From: Reclinomonas americana ATCC 50394
Lineage: Eukaryota
Assembly: GCA_048213135.1 (NCBI GenBank)
Contig: PS015453.1
Location: 1-37,603, forward strand
DNA length: 37,603 nucleotides
Direction of reading: 5' to 3'
The translations under genes and the position numbers were made by a program. Positions 20,769 through 33,500 of this stretch are shown piece after piece; position 1 is the first letter of the stretch, and every line of letters starts with the position of its first letter. The notes beneath the pieces were generated by a model that saw only the letters and a list, made by a program, of their open reading frames with translations, had not been told where the DNA came from and did no database searches.

Positions 20769-23528
20769 TCATCTGCCGACAGGTGTCATGGGCGCCGACA
20801 TGGGAGTGGGCGACTGCGGTGGCGAGAGTGCTGCACGCAGTGCCTGCCGACTCGCCGTCAGGCGGCGCTGGCTGAGTTCCACCACCTCCGATGGCGGTCG
20901 TGGGGAGGGTGAATCCAGTGAGGGTGGTGGGGTGGTGGCCGGCTGGAAATGTGTCGGCGGTGGCGTTGTCGGAGAGCTCGCCGACTGCGGCGAATACGCG
21001 GACGAGCGATGTGCGTGATGTGTCGTTGCAGGCATGGACGGGGGAGGCGGCGGTGGCGGCGACGGTGACATTGGCAGACGACCAGAGAGCATGGCTTGCA
21101 ATCGCCGCGGAGACGGCAGCGCGGCACCGTTACCAGTGGCCGGAAAGAGCAGACCCAGTGAGTAGGGATCGAGAAACGACGGAGCCATGCACGAGTGCTT
21201 GACTCGCGCCAGATTCACTGGCACGTGATATTGCGTCTGTCGATGTGCGGAATGCTGCTGCTGGTGCGGCGGCGAGGCGGGGCGTCGTCGATCGGCTGTG
21301 TAGTGCACAGTGAGACGCGCGGCACGACACAATTAAACACAAGAGGCGACAGCACACTCACCCGAAGATGATCGATCGGCATCGGCAAAACTCTGCCCGC
21401 GGGGACCAGGAGACCGGCGACCCGGCGAGCGCGGTTCACGCGCCGACGTACACATTAACCGGCCACCAAACATGGTCGCCGCACGGTTCCCCTTTGGTGA
21501 CGAGGACACGGGGCCGCCATCCCACGAGCGCGACATTTGGTGCAGACTGCCGCCCGAACGCGGCGAGATGGCAATGTCGTGTGACGACACGCGCAAGTTG
21601 GGCAGCTGACCGGGCGACCACTGCTTCTTGGGGGCGCGAAACGGCCCGTTGCCGCGCTGCTGTCGTCGCGTGCGCACGTCGCTCGTTGGTCTTCTCGTCT
21701 GCGGGAAAGTCACAGGCGGAACTGGGCACCCACAAGTCAGCAGCAGAAGCACAAACGACGAGGGGCCAAAGTGACGCACAAACAGTGGTCCGCGTCACGT
21801 GACCGAGTTGGGCATTCGTGGAACGAATCAGTTGCAGCAGCTTGTGTACGTCACCAGAGGCCACCACGCGCTCTGGCGTCCCCAAACGGCCTGCTTCGCG
21901 TCCAGGTGTCGACAGATTGCGATGCATTCGCTGCACAGTGCCGAGATCGAGCTGAATCTCGGCGCGCAGCGCGTCCGATATGGACCGACTGGCGTGGTAC
22001 AGCCGTTCTGGGGACAGCGTGCCACCCACCAGATACGAGGTCGGCGACCGCCGCGGAACCACATTGACCACCAACTCCGCATCCTCGTCACCGAGTGGTG
22101 CGAGGTTGAGGGAGGGAACTACACCATGCACGCCTGCGCCACCTCTCGACGTCGCCGCCGCGTGCGACAATACGGGCGTTGGCGACTGCAACGTCGTCAC
22201 GTCCATGTCGTCCAAGGCGCGAATCAGACGCGCCCTCCACGCCTCCGACACTGCGTCTTCGGCGTACGCCATGAGCTGCAGGAAGTGATAGATCTCGCCA
22301 CGCTCCAGTCGCCCCGTGTCGACCGATGCCAGCAGCTCGTGCAAGCGCATCAGTTCGGAGGGCGACAGCGGCTGTGAACTCTCATCCGACGACGAGGCGC
22401 CTCGGTCGTCCGCCTGACTCGGCGGCTGCGATTCGTTCTCACTCGCAGTCGAAGACGGTTCCACAGACACCTCGCGCTCCGCCAGTGTGGACTGCACTGC
22501 AGCGGCCGTAACGCCCACCACCTCATTCTCCTCCTCCTCCTCGTCGGGCTCAGGCGTCTGCACATTGTCCTCTTTCACGGAAAACCGTTCCTGCTCCAAC
22601 AGCAGCAAATCCTCCCCTCTGGCCGCACGCTGCAACGCCTCATGGTCATCACGCAACGCCCGCACACCAACGACAGGAGGCGGCGGCGGTGGTGGCGCAG
22701 CCTTCGCCTGCTGCTGCTGCTGCTGCTTCTTCTTCGTCGCTGGTCTTCGTCGTTGACCGTTGTTCGCGGTGTTGCTCGCCTTGCGCAGCGCGACAGCAAC
22801 CGACGACGAAGAGGACGTGGCCAGTGACGACGGCGGTCGCGAGTGCGGCGCCCACGGTTCAATCGACTCGGCTGGCGGTGGCATGACACTCAAATCCACA
22901 CTCGGCGTCGGCGGCATCTCATCGTCCACGACAGGCGCAGACGAGAGATCCACCAGCGCATCTGTCTCTACGTCTGCCTCCTCCTGCTCCTGATCGCTGT
23001 CGGCCAGTGTCTCGCCCTCTTCTTCATCATCGACAGACCACACATCCGACTCCTGCGCATATGCATGCTTTCACACATCAGCACACTCATCATGAGATGC
23101 GAGAATATCAGGAGCGTGTCACGTACTGGTGCTCCGAGGGGTGAGCCTCCAGCGCCAGCACCAGCGATGTTGTAGGTGGGCGATGATGGCGAGGGGCCTC
23201 CGCGCGGAACCAGTGCACCATGATGAGCGCCGATGGTGACTGTCGTGGCCGAGGTCACTGTCGAAATCTGCATCGGATCAATGCACACGAATGGTGAGAG
23301 AAGTGCAGATCGCGAGAAGAAGAGGACCTAACACACACACACACACGCGCGCACACACACACACATGCACACACGCGCGCGCGGACACACACGGACACAC
23401 TGTGACTCACTCTCTCTTCTTCTCATTCCTTCTCTCCCTCTTCTCTCACGTTCATTCTCTCTCTCCTTCACTCTCACCTCATCATCGACATCCTCATCCC
23501 ACTCGGCCGCCTCGCCCTTGCCACTCAT
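20769..23528 (-). CDS. Hypothetical largely disordered acidic/Ser-Pro-rich protein, ~5 exons
   Basis: MSGKGEAAEWDEDVDDE (23528-23478) splices in frame to ISTVTS.., ESDVWSVDD.. (long exon), TRRPTS.., ADRRRP..; TGA at 20771-20769. No family recognised. Confidence 0.7.
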
Positions 23529-23640
23529 CTGCCTGCGTTGAGACTCGACCGACTCTCACTCCCGCCAATTGGCCACTGTAAATTGCGCGGTGACGTCAGT
23601 TTTCACGCCGAGCAGTTTCTTCACACGCGCACGTCATCAA
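23529..23640. promoter_or_regulatory. 112-bp bidirectional promoter with palindromic CCAAT and CRE-like sites
   Basis: Lies between divergent ATGs (23528 -, 23641 +). GCCAATTGGC at 23564-23573, TGACGTCA at 23591-23598, ACGTCA half-site at ~23631. Confidence 0.45.
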
Positions 23641-26600
23641 ATGACCGAGCGTTCCCTCTCCGCCACTCCGTCTGGCCTGCGAGCTCCGGCGCCGCAGTCG
23701 AGCATGGAGAGCGGTATGCTGTCGGCGTTGGCGCTGTCGATGCCGTTGGCGGCGACGGGAACCATGAGATTTCGGTCGGGAGGAGCGGGGTCGCCGGCGT
23801 TGCGCTTGAATCCGGATCCGGAGGGTCCGTTCAGCGTGTTGCGGAGAGTGCCGGGGCCAAAGTTGCCGCCACTCGAGGAGGACTTGGATGTGTTGCAGAC
23901 GGTCGAGTTGCGTGCCCTCTCTATCTCTCCACAACACTCACTCTCTGATTGACTTACGGCGAGTGGCGCGCAGACTGACGCACACCAAGGACGCCAAGGT
24001 CCTTCATCACCACGGCGTGGGCAGCGCCGGACCGAAGAACCTCCTCATTCATCCGGTGTTCTCGCGACTGCAGGAGCCAGGTGAGGGCGAGAAACCAAAG
24101 ATGAACTTTAGCTTTCACAGTCTGCGCATCACGGATCGCTTGAGGTGAGCATGTTTATGCGTGGGTGTCTCTCTCTCTTTCACGTGCTGTCTCTCCTCAC
24201 CAATGTGCGCAGACGCACCTTCAACAAGGGCCTCACAGCACCTCTCGGAAAGCCGTATCAGGCGCTCGGTACGCCACGGCAGCCAGACACACTGGCACCC
24301 ACCATCTGGCAGCCACAAAAGCGGAAGCGAAGAAAGGTACATCAACCACCACACGAAGCGCATGAACATCAAGACCCTCACCGTCTCCTCTCTTTCCTCC
24401 GTGCAGCAGCGAGTGGGCATGTCGGCGGCTCGTGAGACGGAGGAGCCTCCGCCAAACGCTCCTGCTACTGCTGCTGCCGTCGACAGACCGGGCGCGTCCA
24501 CTGATGCTGAACAGCACCAGCAGCAGCAGGACCAGCACGGCGGTCAGGGCTCCACGTCTCCCAACCATGGCGGTCACCATGGACACCACCAAGCGCGGGC
24601 AGCGTCACCGTCCGAGTCGTACCACGTGTACGGAAACCGATCACGGTCACCATTGTTGCACGATCGCACCACCTTGTACGGCAAGGCGCCGCGCAAGACG
24701 CAGCGCGACGAGACCGAGGAGTCGCGGTTCCCACAGCAGTACCTGCAGGAGGCCTTTGATCGACTGCAGCGAAGCAAGAGTGGCCTCTCTCTCGTCGGCT
24801 TCGTGCACGAAGATGTCGACATGGATCGCTTGTTGCCTCGTGCGATCCTGTTTGAGAAGAGTTATGCATGCTAAACAGCACGACCACCTTCCTGTCCACC
24901 ACCATGCTCACTTGCGTGTGCAGATGCTGCTCGACGGCTGCACAAGCTGGTGTCGGCCGCGCGTCGTGCGTCCATCCGGTCCACAGACAGCGACATGTCA
25001 GAGGAGGCCGGGTTCGTGGTTTCGCACGCACGTCTTCACCACCGTCTTCTCACTGCGAGCGTTGCTCTCAGCGAGGGTGTGCGAAATCCACTGCGACGAC
25101 TTGCTCACGCCGCGAACAAGGTGCGCAAGCTGGCGAAAAAGGCCAAGACCAAGAAGGTGCCGAATCAGCAGGCGTTTGAGAACATCATGGACCCGACCGC
25201 GTACGAAGTGATTCGTCGGCGACAACGACCCGAGGTCGACGAAAACAGTGGACTGCTCACCGGAACAATGACCACGACGACGACCATCACCACCACCACC
25301 ACCACGACGACGACGACACCGGCTGCCACCAGTCGCACCAGTCGCGATGAAACGAGGTCGGCAAAGCCAGACTCGCGCGAAGCCAGGCCACTGTCGCAGC
25401 AGAAGCAGCCGCATGCGCAAGAGCTGCAGCAGAATTCGTTGCAAGCACCACCGCAGACTCCATCACTACGACGACGCTCCATTACTGAGCTGACGGAGGC
25501 GGAGAAGAATGCCAAGAACTCGGGTCAGGCCGCAGCACCTGCAGCAGCGCGACCACCTCCGGCCATCGCGACTGATGGGATGGAGGCCAGTGGACCCAGT
25601 GCACCGCCTGTCGATGGCCTCCACTCGCCCTCTGCGCTGCTGCGTGCGGCTGCCGCGATCAAGGAGGAACACATTCCGGCGCAGTGGCGGCAGCGCATCT
25701 GTGCCTTCCTGGACTCGATCCGGCCCACCGACACGCACTACTCCATGTCGGACGTCGACTTGGAGAACAATCCGGGCTACGCACCACTGCACGAGCCACT
25801 GTTTCGCAAGTGGGAAGGTGCATGATTGTTTGTGACCAACTTCAGTACTTGTTCGCCTCCTCACTCTTCTCGGTTGCAGATGTGCCTCGCAAGAGCCAGA
25901 ATCCGGACCAAGTCAATCTGCTGGCGCCCTCGGCTGTGTTGGACGAGGATCAGGATTCGATGAAGCACAAGGATCAGCGACAGTCCTCCAAGCACCACCG
26001 CCAACATCCAAACTACCTGCATCCCACTCACCCACCGGATTCGCCGGCTGGAGTTGCGCTTGCATAACTGGGCGTGGTGGTTGTTGTACGAGTGGCTGAC
26101 GCGCATGTGCATGTAGGGCACACTGATGAATGTGCTGTCGGATGTGCGCGAGGAGATGCGACGCAGCTTGCAGCAGGAGCTCGCTCTGCGCAAGGAGTCG
26201 CGCGACCACGTGATGGCCAGCAAGGAGCACTTGGCGAAGGTGGCCGGGCGTGCCAACAGTCTCGGTCGCCTGTGGTCCACCCAGCGCAACCGCAACCCGG
26301 TTCTGGCGCCCGGGCGCAGCTTCTGGTTGCGTCTTGTGAAGCTGGCAATAGGCGGAAAAACAAACAAGATTTCCTGACCCGTGTGCAGGGTGGACTTGCG
26401 CGACGAGCTGTTGGATCGGGTCGAGGCGCTGGCTCGCTCAGTGTACCTGTGGCGCTGCTTGCTCTTCTTCCTGGCCTACAACGGCATCCCGGGCTTTGAG
26501 CGCACGCTGGAGATTGTCGAGCACGCCCGACAGTTGCTGATCGGCGGACTCGGGGCCACCGACAAACTCTTCTTTGCTTTGCTGGACTTTGTTGGTTTGT

Positions 26601-27352
26601 CGCCTCCCTGCCTTGCTGTCACCACAGGTCGCATGATTCTCACCCTTGCCACACGACAGTGGAGCACGGGGAGCGAGTGGAGGAGATGAATCAGCGCGAG
26701 ACGCTGAAGATCATGCATTTCATTCGGTGCGCCGTCGGCGTCGATATCTGGGATGTATTCAATTATTTCAAGTCGAACACCTGGCCTCTGCCGCAGGAGC
26801 TGCGTGCACTCAAGCAGAAGATGCAGCAGGAGGATGGCTCGAATGCCACGCGGCTTTTGGAAGGTGTGGGGATTTTGAAGTGAAGAAGATGGCGTCCCAA
26901 TGGTCGGCACCACCACCGCAATGTGCAGCCGATACGCACCGACCCATCAGACTGCGCAGAGTCACCGTACGCTGCACGTCACCAGCCGGCATGGGGCACA
27001 CCATGGGCGTACTGCACCACACAAACGACTGCTGATGGACCACTGACTCGCCAAACGATATCTGATCATGATATCGAAGCAGGCAACTTCGAATTCTCAC
27101 TCAGCCGGTTCGACCACGATGCGATTTCTGCACTAGATGCTGGTATGTATCGATCGCGATGTTCTTGCACTGCTGCTGGTCCCCCTTGCCGCGAATGACA
27201 TTCACAAAGTCCTCGCGAAGTCGTGTCCCGACTCTGATATCGGAAAATTGAGCGGGATCCAAAGCGCGCGGTGCATGTGAGTCTCTCTCTCGCTCTCCAT
27301 CTCTCTGACACACACTTGCCTATCGCCACAATTCAGCGCAGCCTATGTGTGA
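23641..27352 (+). CDS. Hypothetical ~1000-aa protein, ~12 exons, disordered N-terminus and helical C-terminal domain
   Basis: Frame-consistent GT-AG chain (introns starting 23907, 24145, ~24337, 24861, 25818, 26053, 26326, ~26595, 26864, ~27143, 27277). Ordered-looking segment WVDLRDELLDRVEALARSVYLWRCLLFF..VDIWDVFNYFK. The last three exons are less certain. Confidence 0.7.
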
Positions 27353-27545
27353 AGTGCATACACTGTTTCACTGTGTGTGTTGTGCGGTATTCGGTGGTGG
27401 TTGGCCATGTCTCACTCTCCTGTACTCTCTCCCACGCACGCACACACGCACAAATCACACTCTCCCTCCTTCAGTCTCCTTCTCTCCCTCTCTCCTCATT
27501 CTTCTCGCTGACTCACTCACACACTCACCCTCACACACAGAAAAA

Positions 27546-30500
27546 ATGGCAGCTCGCGATGCAGGCGAGGCGCGCCTGGCTCGCATTCAGATCCAGAACC
27601 TGCAGCATGCCACTCTGCGTCACGTCGGCAACCGAGTTACACACACACATACACACACTCTCTCTCTCTCTCTCTCTCACGCACACTCCGATATTCACAC
27701 ACACATTGCACAGGAGTTTGACAAGGCCGCTGTCAAGACACTGCAGGCGCTGGAGATTGCGCGCAAGTTTGACCGTGCCAACTACCTGTGGTGTCTCAAG
27801 GTGCGCACTCTTGCCACTGACACACACACATCGATGCCAGTGACTCATTCATTCGTGAGTGCAGAGTGCGGCCAGTGTGCATCTGCAAGCCGAGCGATAC
27901 GCGCGAGCGGCCGAGTTGTTGCACGAGGCGCTTCCGTTGGAGGAGGAGAGTGGACGCGGATCGCTGGATCATGCCATGTTGTTGAGGGAGCAGGCCATGA
28001 CGCTGGCGATGCTGGGAGATTTCATTGCTGCCGAGTCGTCGTTGGTGTCGCTGGTCGGTGTGGTGCGACGCCTCGAGGGAGCGTTGCGTACTTCTTTCTG
28101 TGTTCTCTGCCCGCTCTTCTTCTCTCTCATCGTGCTTTTTTGCAGTGGCGTGGCACTGGTGCAGGAGGTGTTGATTGCGCAGGGCGACGTTCTGGAGTTG
28201 CAGGGATACTATGGGCTTGCGGCGAGGGCGTTTGGCATGGCGGTGGAGGTCGGCGTGAGGCCGCCGGCTTCTGTTGATTACGATGCCGTGAGTGCGCTGT
28301 GCGACGCCAAGTCCGTGGCGGCCACGGGGGAGAATGTGGCCTTGTGGGGTGCGTAAAATGTGCAAGAGTTACGTCACCAAGAGTGGTGTCTCACGATCTC
28401 TGATGATGGCAGGAGTCGATTTCGAGGACGTGCTCTTCCAGGGTGACGATTTCATCGGCAACGGACCCGTGACAGTGCCGTACAGTGCGCCACTGACGTC
28501 GGCACTCAGCGCCCCGCGTGCCACGTCGTCGGGTGACCCAGAAGAGTCGTTTGAGGGATCATCGTCTAGCTTGCCACACCGTGAACTGCGTGCCGCGGCG
28601 CGGTGGGCGCGAGCACTTGCCAGGCGCGTTTGATAGTGGGAAGGGGGAGGAGTAGGGGGGAAGGGAGAGGAGTAGGGGAAAGGAGGAGTGCTTGGGTTCG
28701 CTTCATTAGTGCTATTGAGCTTTCCACGCACAGAGTTGTTTTCCCCCTCCGCTCTTTTCTCTCTCATACACATGTTTCTCATTCCCTTTCTCTCGTTCCT
28801 CTCTTTCTTTCTCTATTTCTTTTCTGTTTTCTCTCTCTCTCTCTCCGGTCTTTTTCTCTCACACTCTTCCTGCCTATCTTCCGTGTCTCCCGTCTCTCCA
28901 ATCTCTCTTCCACATTTCACCCTCGCGCTTCTCCCTCTCTCTCCCCGGCCTCTCTCTCCACCCTCCCTCCCCTGCTCTCTCACACACATTCTTCCTGTCT
29001 CGATTCCTCTGTTTCTCATTTCTCACTCTCTGTCTTGTCTTTTCACTTCTCTCTCTTTTCTCTCGTTCTCTTCCCCTTCCTCATCTCTCGCCTCTCCGAG
29101 CTCTCTTTCTATCTCTTTCTCATTTCTTACTCCCTTCCCAGCTGCTCCTCTCTCTCCCGTGCCTCTCGTCTCTCTCTCTCTCACTCTCTCTCTTTCTCCC
29201 TTCCTCTTTCTCTCTTCTTTTTTCTTCTTCTTCCCTCTCTCTTCCCTCCTCTTTCCCTTCCTCTCTCCTCTCTCTCTCTCTCTTCTCTTCTTCTCTCTCT
29301 CCTCTCTCCCCTCTCTACCCCTCTGCCCCTCCTTCCCTTCTTTCTCTTCTATCTCTCATCCCTCTTCTCTCTCTCTTCTTTCAACAACGCAGGTGCTCGA
29401 TGGCCGACGACGCCGGCCTTGTCAGCTTCTCCTCGTCTCGCTCGCTCCGTCGAACATGCGCGGAGCGCGCCGTCCGTCTCTCAGAGTACGTCATCATTCG
29501 ACGGCGTACATTCGACGGGCCGTGCGTGTATCCGTCGAACCTGAGTGCGGCCGAGTTCACCACGTTCTTCTCGGAGAATGCCATGTTGCGTCTTTAGCCG
29601 AAAGAGCTATTAGTGTGTGCTTGTCGATTGCCAACAATTATGTGGCACAGGGAGTTGTCGTTTGCGCTGGAGACACTCGGACTGGTGTACCTCGAGTTTG
29701 GTGCACCGGAGGAGGCGTTGAACATGTTCCAGGAGAGCGCACAGCCGATTGAGCGACTGCAGATTTCACATCGGCGTCTCGTGGATGTTGCGTCTCTGTC
29801 ACCGTGTGTATGTGTGTGCGTGTGTGTGCATGTGTGTGTGTGTGTGTGCGTGCGTGTGCGTGTGTGTATGCGTGTGTGCGTGACGAATACGGCTTGTGTC
29901 GCGTTTGCAGTCACCTTCTCTCTCTCGCTGTGTGCATGTATGTGTGTACTTGGGATGTTGTGCACGAGAATGACCTGCGTGTGTCCCCAGTTGCGCCACT
30001 ACAGCGCCATGTGCCAAACATCGTCGATCAAGGCCATTCAAGAGCACAATGAGTTGCGTGCATGAACACCACGGGGGAAGGGGAAAAGGAATTCTCACTC
30101 ACTGTGTCGTATGTATATCCAGGGCCCTTTCGTCCCGGCAGGGACGCGGAGAGAGCACGCACCCTGTGGAGCTTGCCGACTCGCTGCGATGGACTGGCGA
30201 AGTGTATCTGACCATTAATGAGTGGTCGAAAGGTTTGTCAGCTTGCAGCAATAGTTGTTCTATCCCCGCTCACCGTCTCGGCCCTGCAGCACAATCGATC
30301 CTCGTCGAGTCCCTGCGAGTGGCGCGCTCTGCCGGCACAATTGCCAGCCTGCAGCAGCTGCGCAGTGTTCGCAGGTGATTGATTCTGTCGTCGACGTGTC
30401 ACGCTCATCTCTCGTTCCCTGACACGCTTGTGTAGTATTGTTCGCCTGCACTACTTGCTCGGTGACATGGAGGGTGCACTGGAGGCGGCTCATGCTGTGC

Positions 30501-33500
30501 TCCGCCTGCCTCACCGCCTCTATCCCGACACGCTGGATGACGAGGGTGCCGCCAACGGGGATGGCGAGGAACCTGCGTCGCGAGACGATTTCGTCAGGGG
30601 AAGCTCGGTGTTGCATGCAGCAGGTTCGTATCACGTAGGGCGAACCACTAAGTTGATTTAAGTTTGTGTCTCATTTGTCTGCGTGAAACAGTGGTGTCCT
30701 TCAGCGGCGGTTTGCGATTCGCACGACAGCCCGACAGCACCACCTTGGACGCCGTCTACGAAGCACCCGACGTTGTCACATCGCTGGTGCAACGCGAGTG
30801 GGTGAGTGTGTTGGTGGACAGAGTGATGTCGGTTGCCCGCAACTAAACACTGTCGTCGTGCAGATTGGGTGTGTCGACTCTGATCAAGGCTGTGCCCTGG
30901 TTGTCGACATTGCGTGCATGATTGGCGAGTTGTACGTTGACGGTGGTGCTGCGGAGGAGGCGCACGTGCTGCTCTCCAACGTGATTGAACTGTGCGAGGA
31001 GCTTTTCGGTACCGTGAACGACTACCTGGCTCGTGCGCTGGTTGCGCTTGGCGATTTGCTCTCACGGGTCCACCAGCGAGAGGAAGGCGTGTTCTTGTAT
31101 CAGAATCCGTTGTGTAGCTTCGCATCATTCCTGACACGCTGCACAGCTCTGGTGATGATGGACCGTGCGAGGAGTGTGCTCAACGAGGTCGACCCCTTCC
31201 ACTCGATGAATGTGCAGGCGATTCTCGAAAACACCTCCGAGTTGGTGGATGCCTCGCCACGGGGTTCGTGCTCTCTCTCTCCTGCTCTCTCTCTCCTGCT
31301 CTCTCTCTCCTGCTCTCTCTCTCCTGCTCTCATCGTCATCACTGTGTCTCACTGTTGTCACACAGACTCAATGGCCAGCAAGCCGCGGAAACGCAATCTG
31401 CTGAACTCACAGGAGCTCGTGGCTCCCGGACAGGGCCGCGCTGATCATTACGCCAGTTTCGCGTCGATTCTTGTTGCTCCTACTCCATGTCACAGTGGAT
31501 GCTCACTCTCGCCATGCACAGTGGAGACGGCGTTGCGTGAGGCGCGTGTGTGGCTCAAGATTGCCGATGCCGACATGTGCATCCGCTTGTGCTACATTCT
31601 TCTGCGGGCGAACCACCCACAGTGGCAATTCGACATGGAGGTCCTCACGTTGCTCGGCGACGCGCTGTTGCCGTCAAACATGGCCGAGGCACTGGTTTGT
31701 GTTTGTTTGTTCCCGCGTACTCCTGCTTCTTACCTCCTTGCTCCGTGTGCAGTCATGTTATCGCGAGGCAATCACCTGCGTCGGCCGCAGTGATCTGCAC
31801 CGGCACGGCAAGCACGCTCTCAAGGCACAACTGCTGGCCAAGATGGCCTCTGTCTCGGTGGAGCGTGGCAACTACGAGCAAGGTCGGACTCCTCCTGCCT
31901 GTGAGTTTTTGCGCACTTTCTCTCATCCAAAAAGCAGGTCTGATTGAGTACCTGGTGTGCCTGCGATACGTGCAACGCAACGTGTGTGGCGACGTGGCCG
32001 GTGCGCATCCGCTCATCATGCGACTCTGTCTCGACATGTTGCGCGTCATGTCGGTGCCGTACATTGATCGCTTGCTCTCCATGCTGGAGGTACGATCGAC
32101 TGAGAGAGAAGGTGGAAGTGGGAGAGAGACACTCACATGTAGATGCAGGCTGGACTCGACCGGAACCGCGTGGCGGACGACACGGGAGCGTCGGTAATCA
32201 CACTCGGCGTGGAAAGCGCCAGGTCGGTGGTCAGTGACTTGCCTTCGGCGCGGTCCACTGGTGCGTCGCTTGTCGTTGTCAGTTGTATCCGCAGGCGCTT
32301 ATCATATGTGCTTTTTTTGTTTTGTAGCGGCGGCGTCGTCGGCCTCCTCGAGTGTGGCGAGCATGGCGGAGGAGGACTCCACGCTGACGGTGCAGGATTG
32401 CCCGTCAGTCCTCGACCTTATGCGCACCGCAACAGCGGCTTACGATCGACTCGTGGCCGTTCTCACCCCTTTTGCTCCGTTCTCGCGGGCCATGCGTGTG
32501 CTGCACGACGGCGCCATTATGATTGACCAGTTCTACTCCATTCTTCATCGCCTTTACCTCCGTCTGACCAACGAAGCGCACGATGACGAGGGAAAGCCCG
32601 TCAAGCATCTCTTGCCGCAGGAGGTGCGCAAGCGAAAAGGTGAGCTTGAAGGAGATGGGAAGGGAAGGAGAAGGGGGAAAAGGAGAAGGGGGAAAGGAGA
32701 AGGAGAGGGGGATAAGAAGAAGAGGGAAAGGAGAAGGAGGAAAAAGTAGGGTGGAAGGAGAAGGGGAAAGGGGAAAGAAGTGGAGGGGGAAATGAGTGTG
32801 AAGAGGGAAAAAGTGCATCTTTCACAAGGAGCTTGTGAGCGAGTTCACGACAGACTGAGACATTCCACGTGTAAGCTAAAGTGCAAAGCAAGAGTGCGGA
32901 GAACTTGCTCTGCCTGCATATGTTACTCAATTCCGCGCTCCGCTTTGCGTGCGACAGCCACCGACGTCATGTTGATTATGGGCGACCTGAGCGTCAAGTA
33001 CAAGGGCCTGCTGTTGGATGCCGTGTACGACCGTGAAATCACGCAAGCGAAGCGCAAGCTGCGGTCGCAGTTGCCCGCTGTCGATGTCATGATGTGGTAC
33101 CTGCTCAGCGTCGAGCAGTCGCGCCATGTGGATCTTGGGTATGCGTCATTATTCCTCTCCTTTTGTGACACATTTGAAGCATGCTCACTGTTGGGTACAC
33201 AGTCCCGGCCCCGGCAAATCCGGTCCCGACCACGGCACTGAGGTTCGCGAACGACAGCAGAGATTACGCACGCTGGCGCAGCGTACACCACTTGGCGAGC
33301 CGACTCTCGGCAGCCTGCTGGAGTCCATGTCGGTTCCGCTGCCGAGAAAGTTTCGTGTGCTTGTTTTCTTGTGTGTTGTGTGACAATTGCTGACATTTTG
33401 CTGGCGCAGACGAGTGGCGAGTGCGCTGCCGCCAAACACCACCTTTGTCGACTTTATCTGGATGCCCATCCAGTCCACAACTCCGGCGTCGGTGACCACG

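Noticed and set aside
26890-27352. Separate small gene starting MASQWSAPPPQ
   Set aside because: That ATG lies in a plausible intron (26864-26950), and the downstream exons splice in frame to the upstream orphan gene.
28603-29752. Long Leu/Ser/Phe-rich ORFs (also 8081-8794, 2741-3382, 4833-5186)
   Set aside because: These are translations of intronic CT/GA microsatellites, which lack stop codons by composition.
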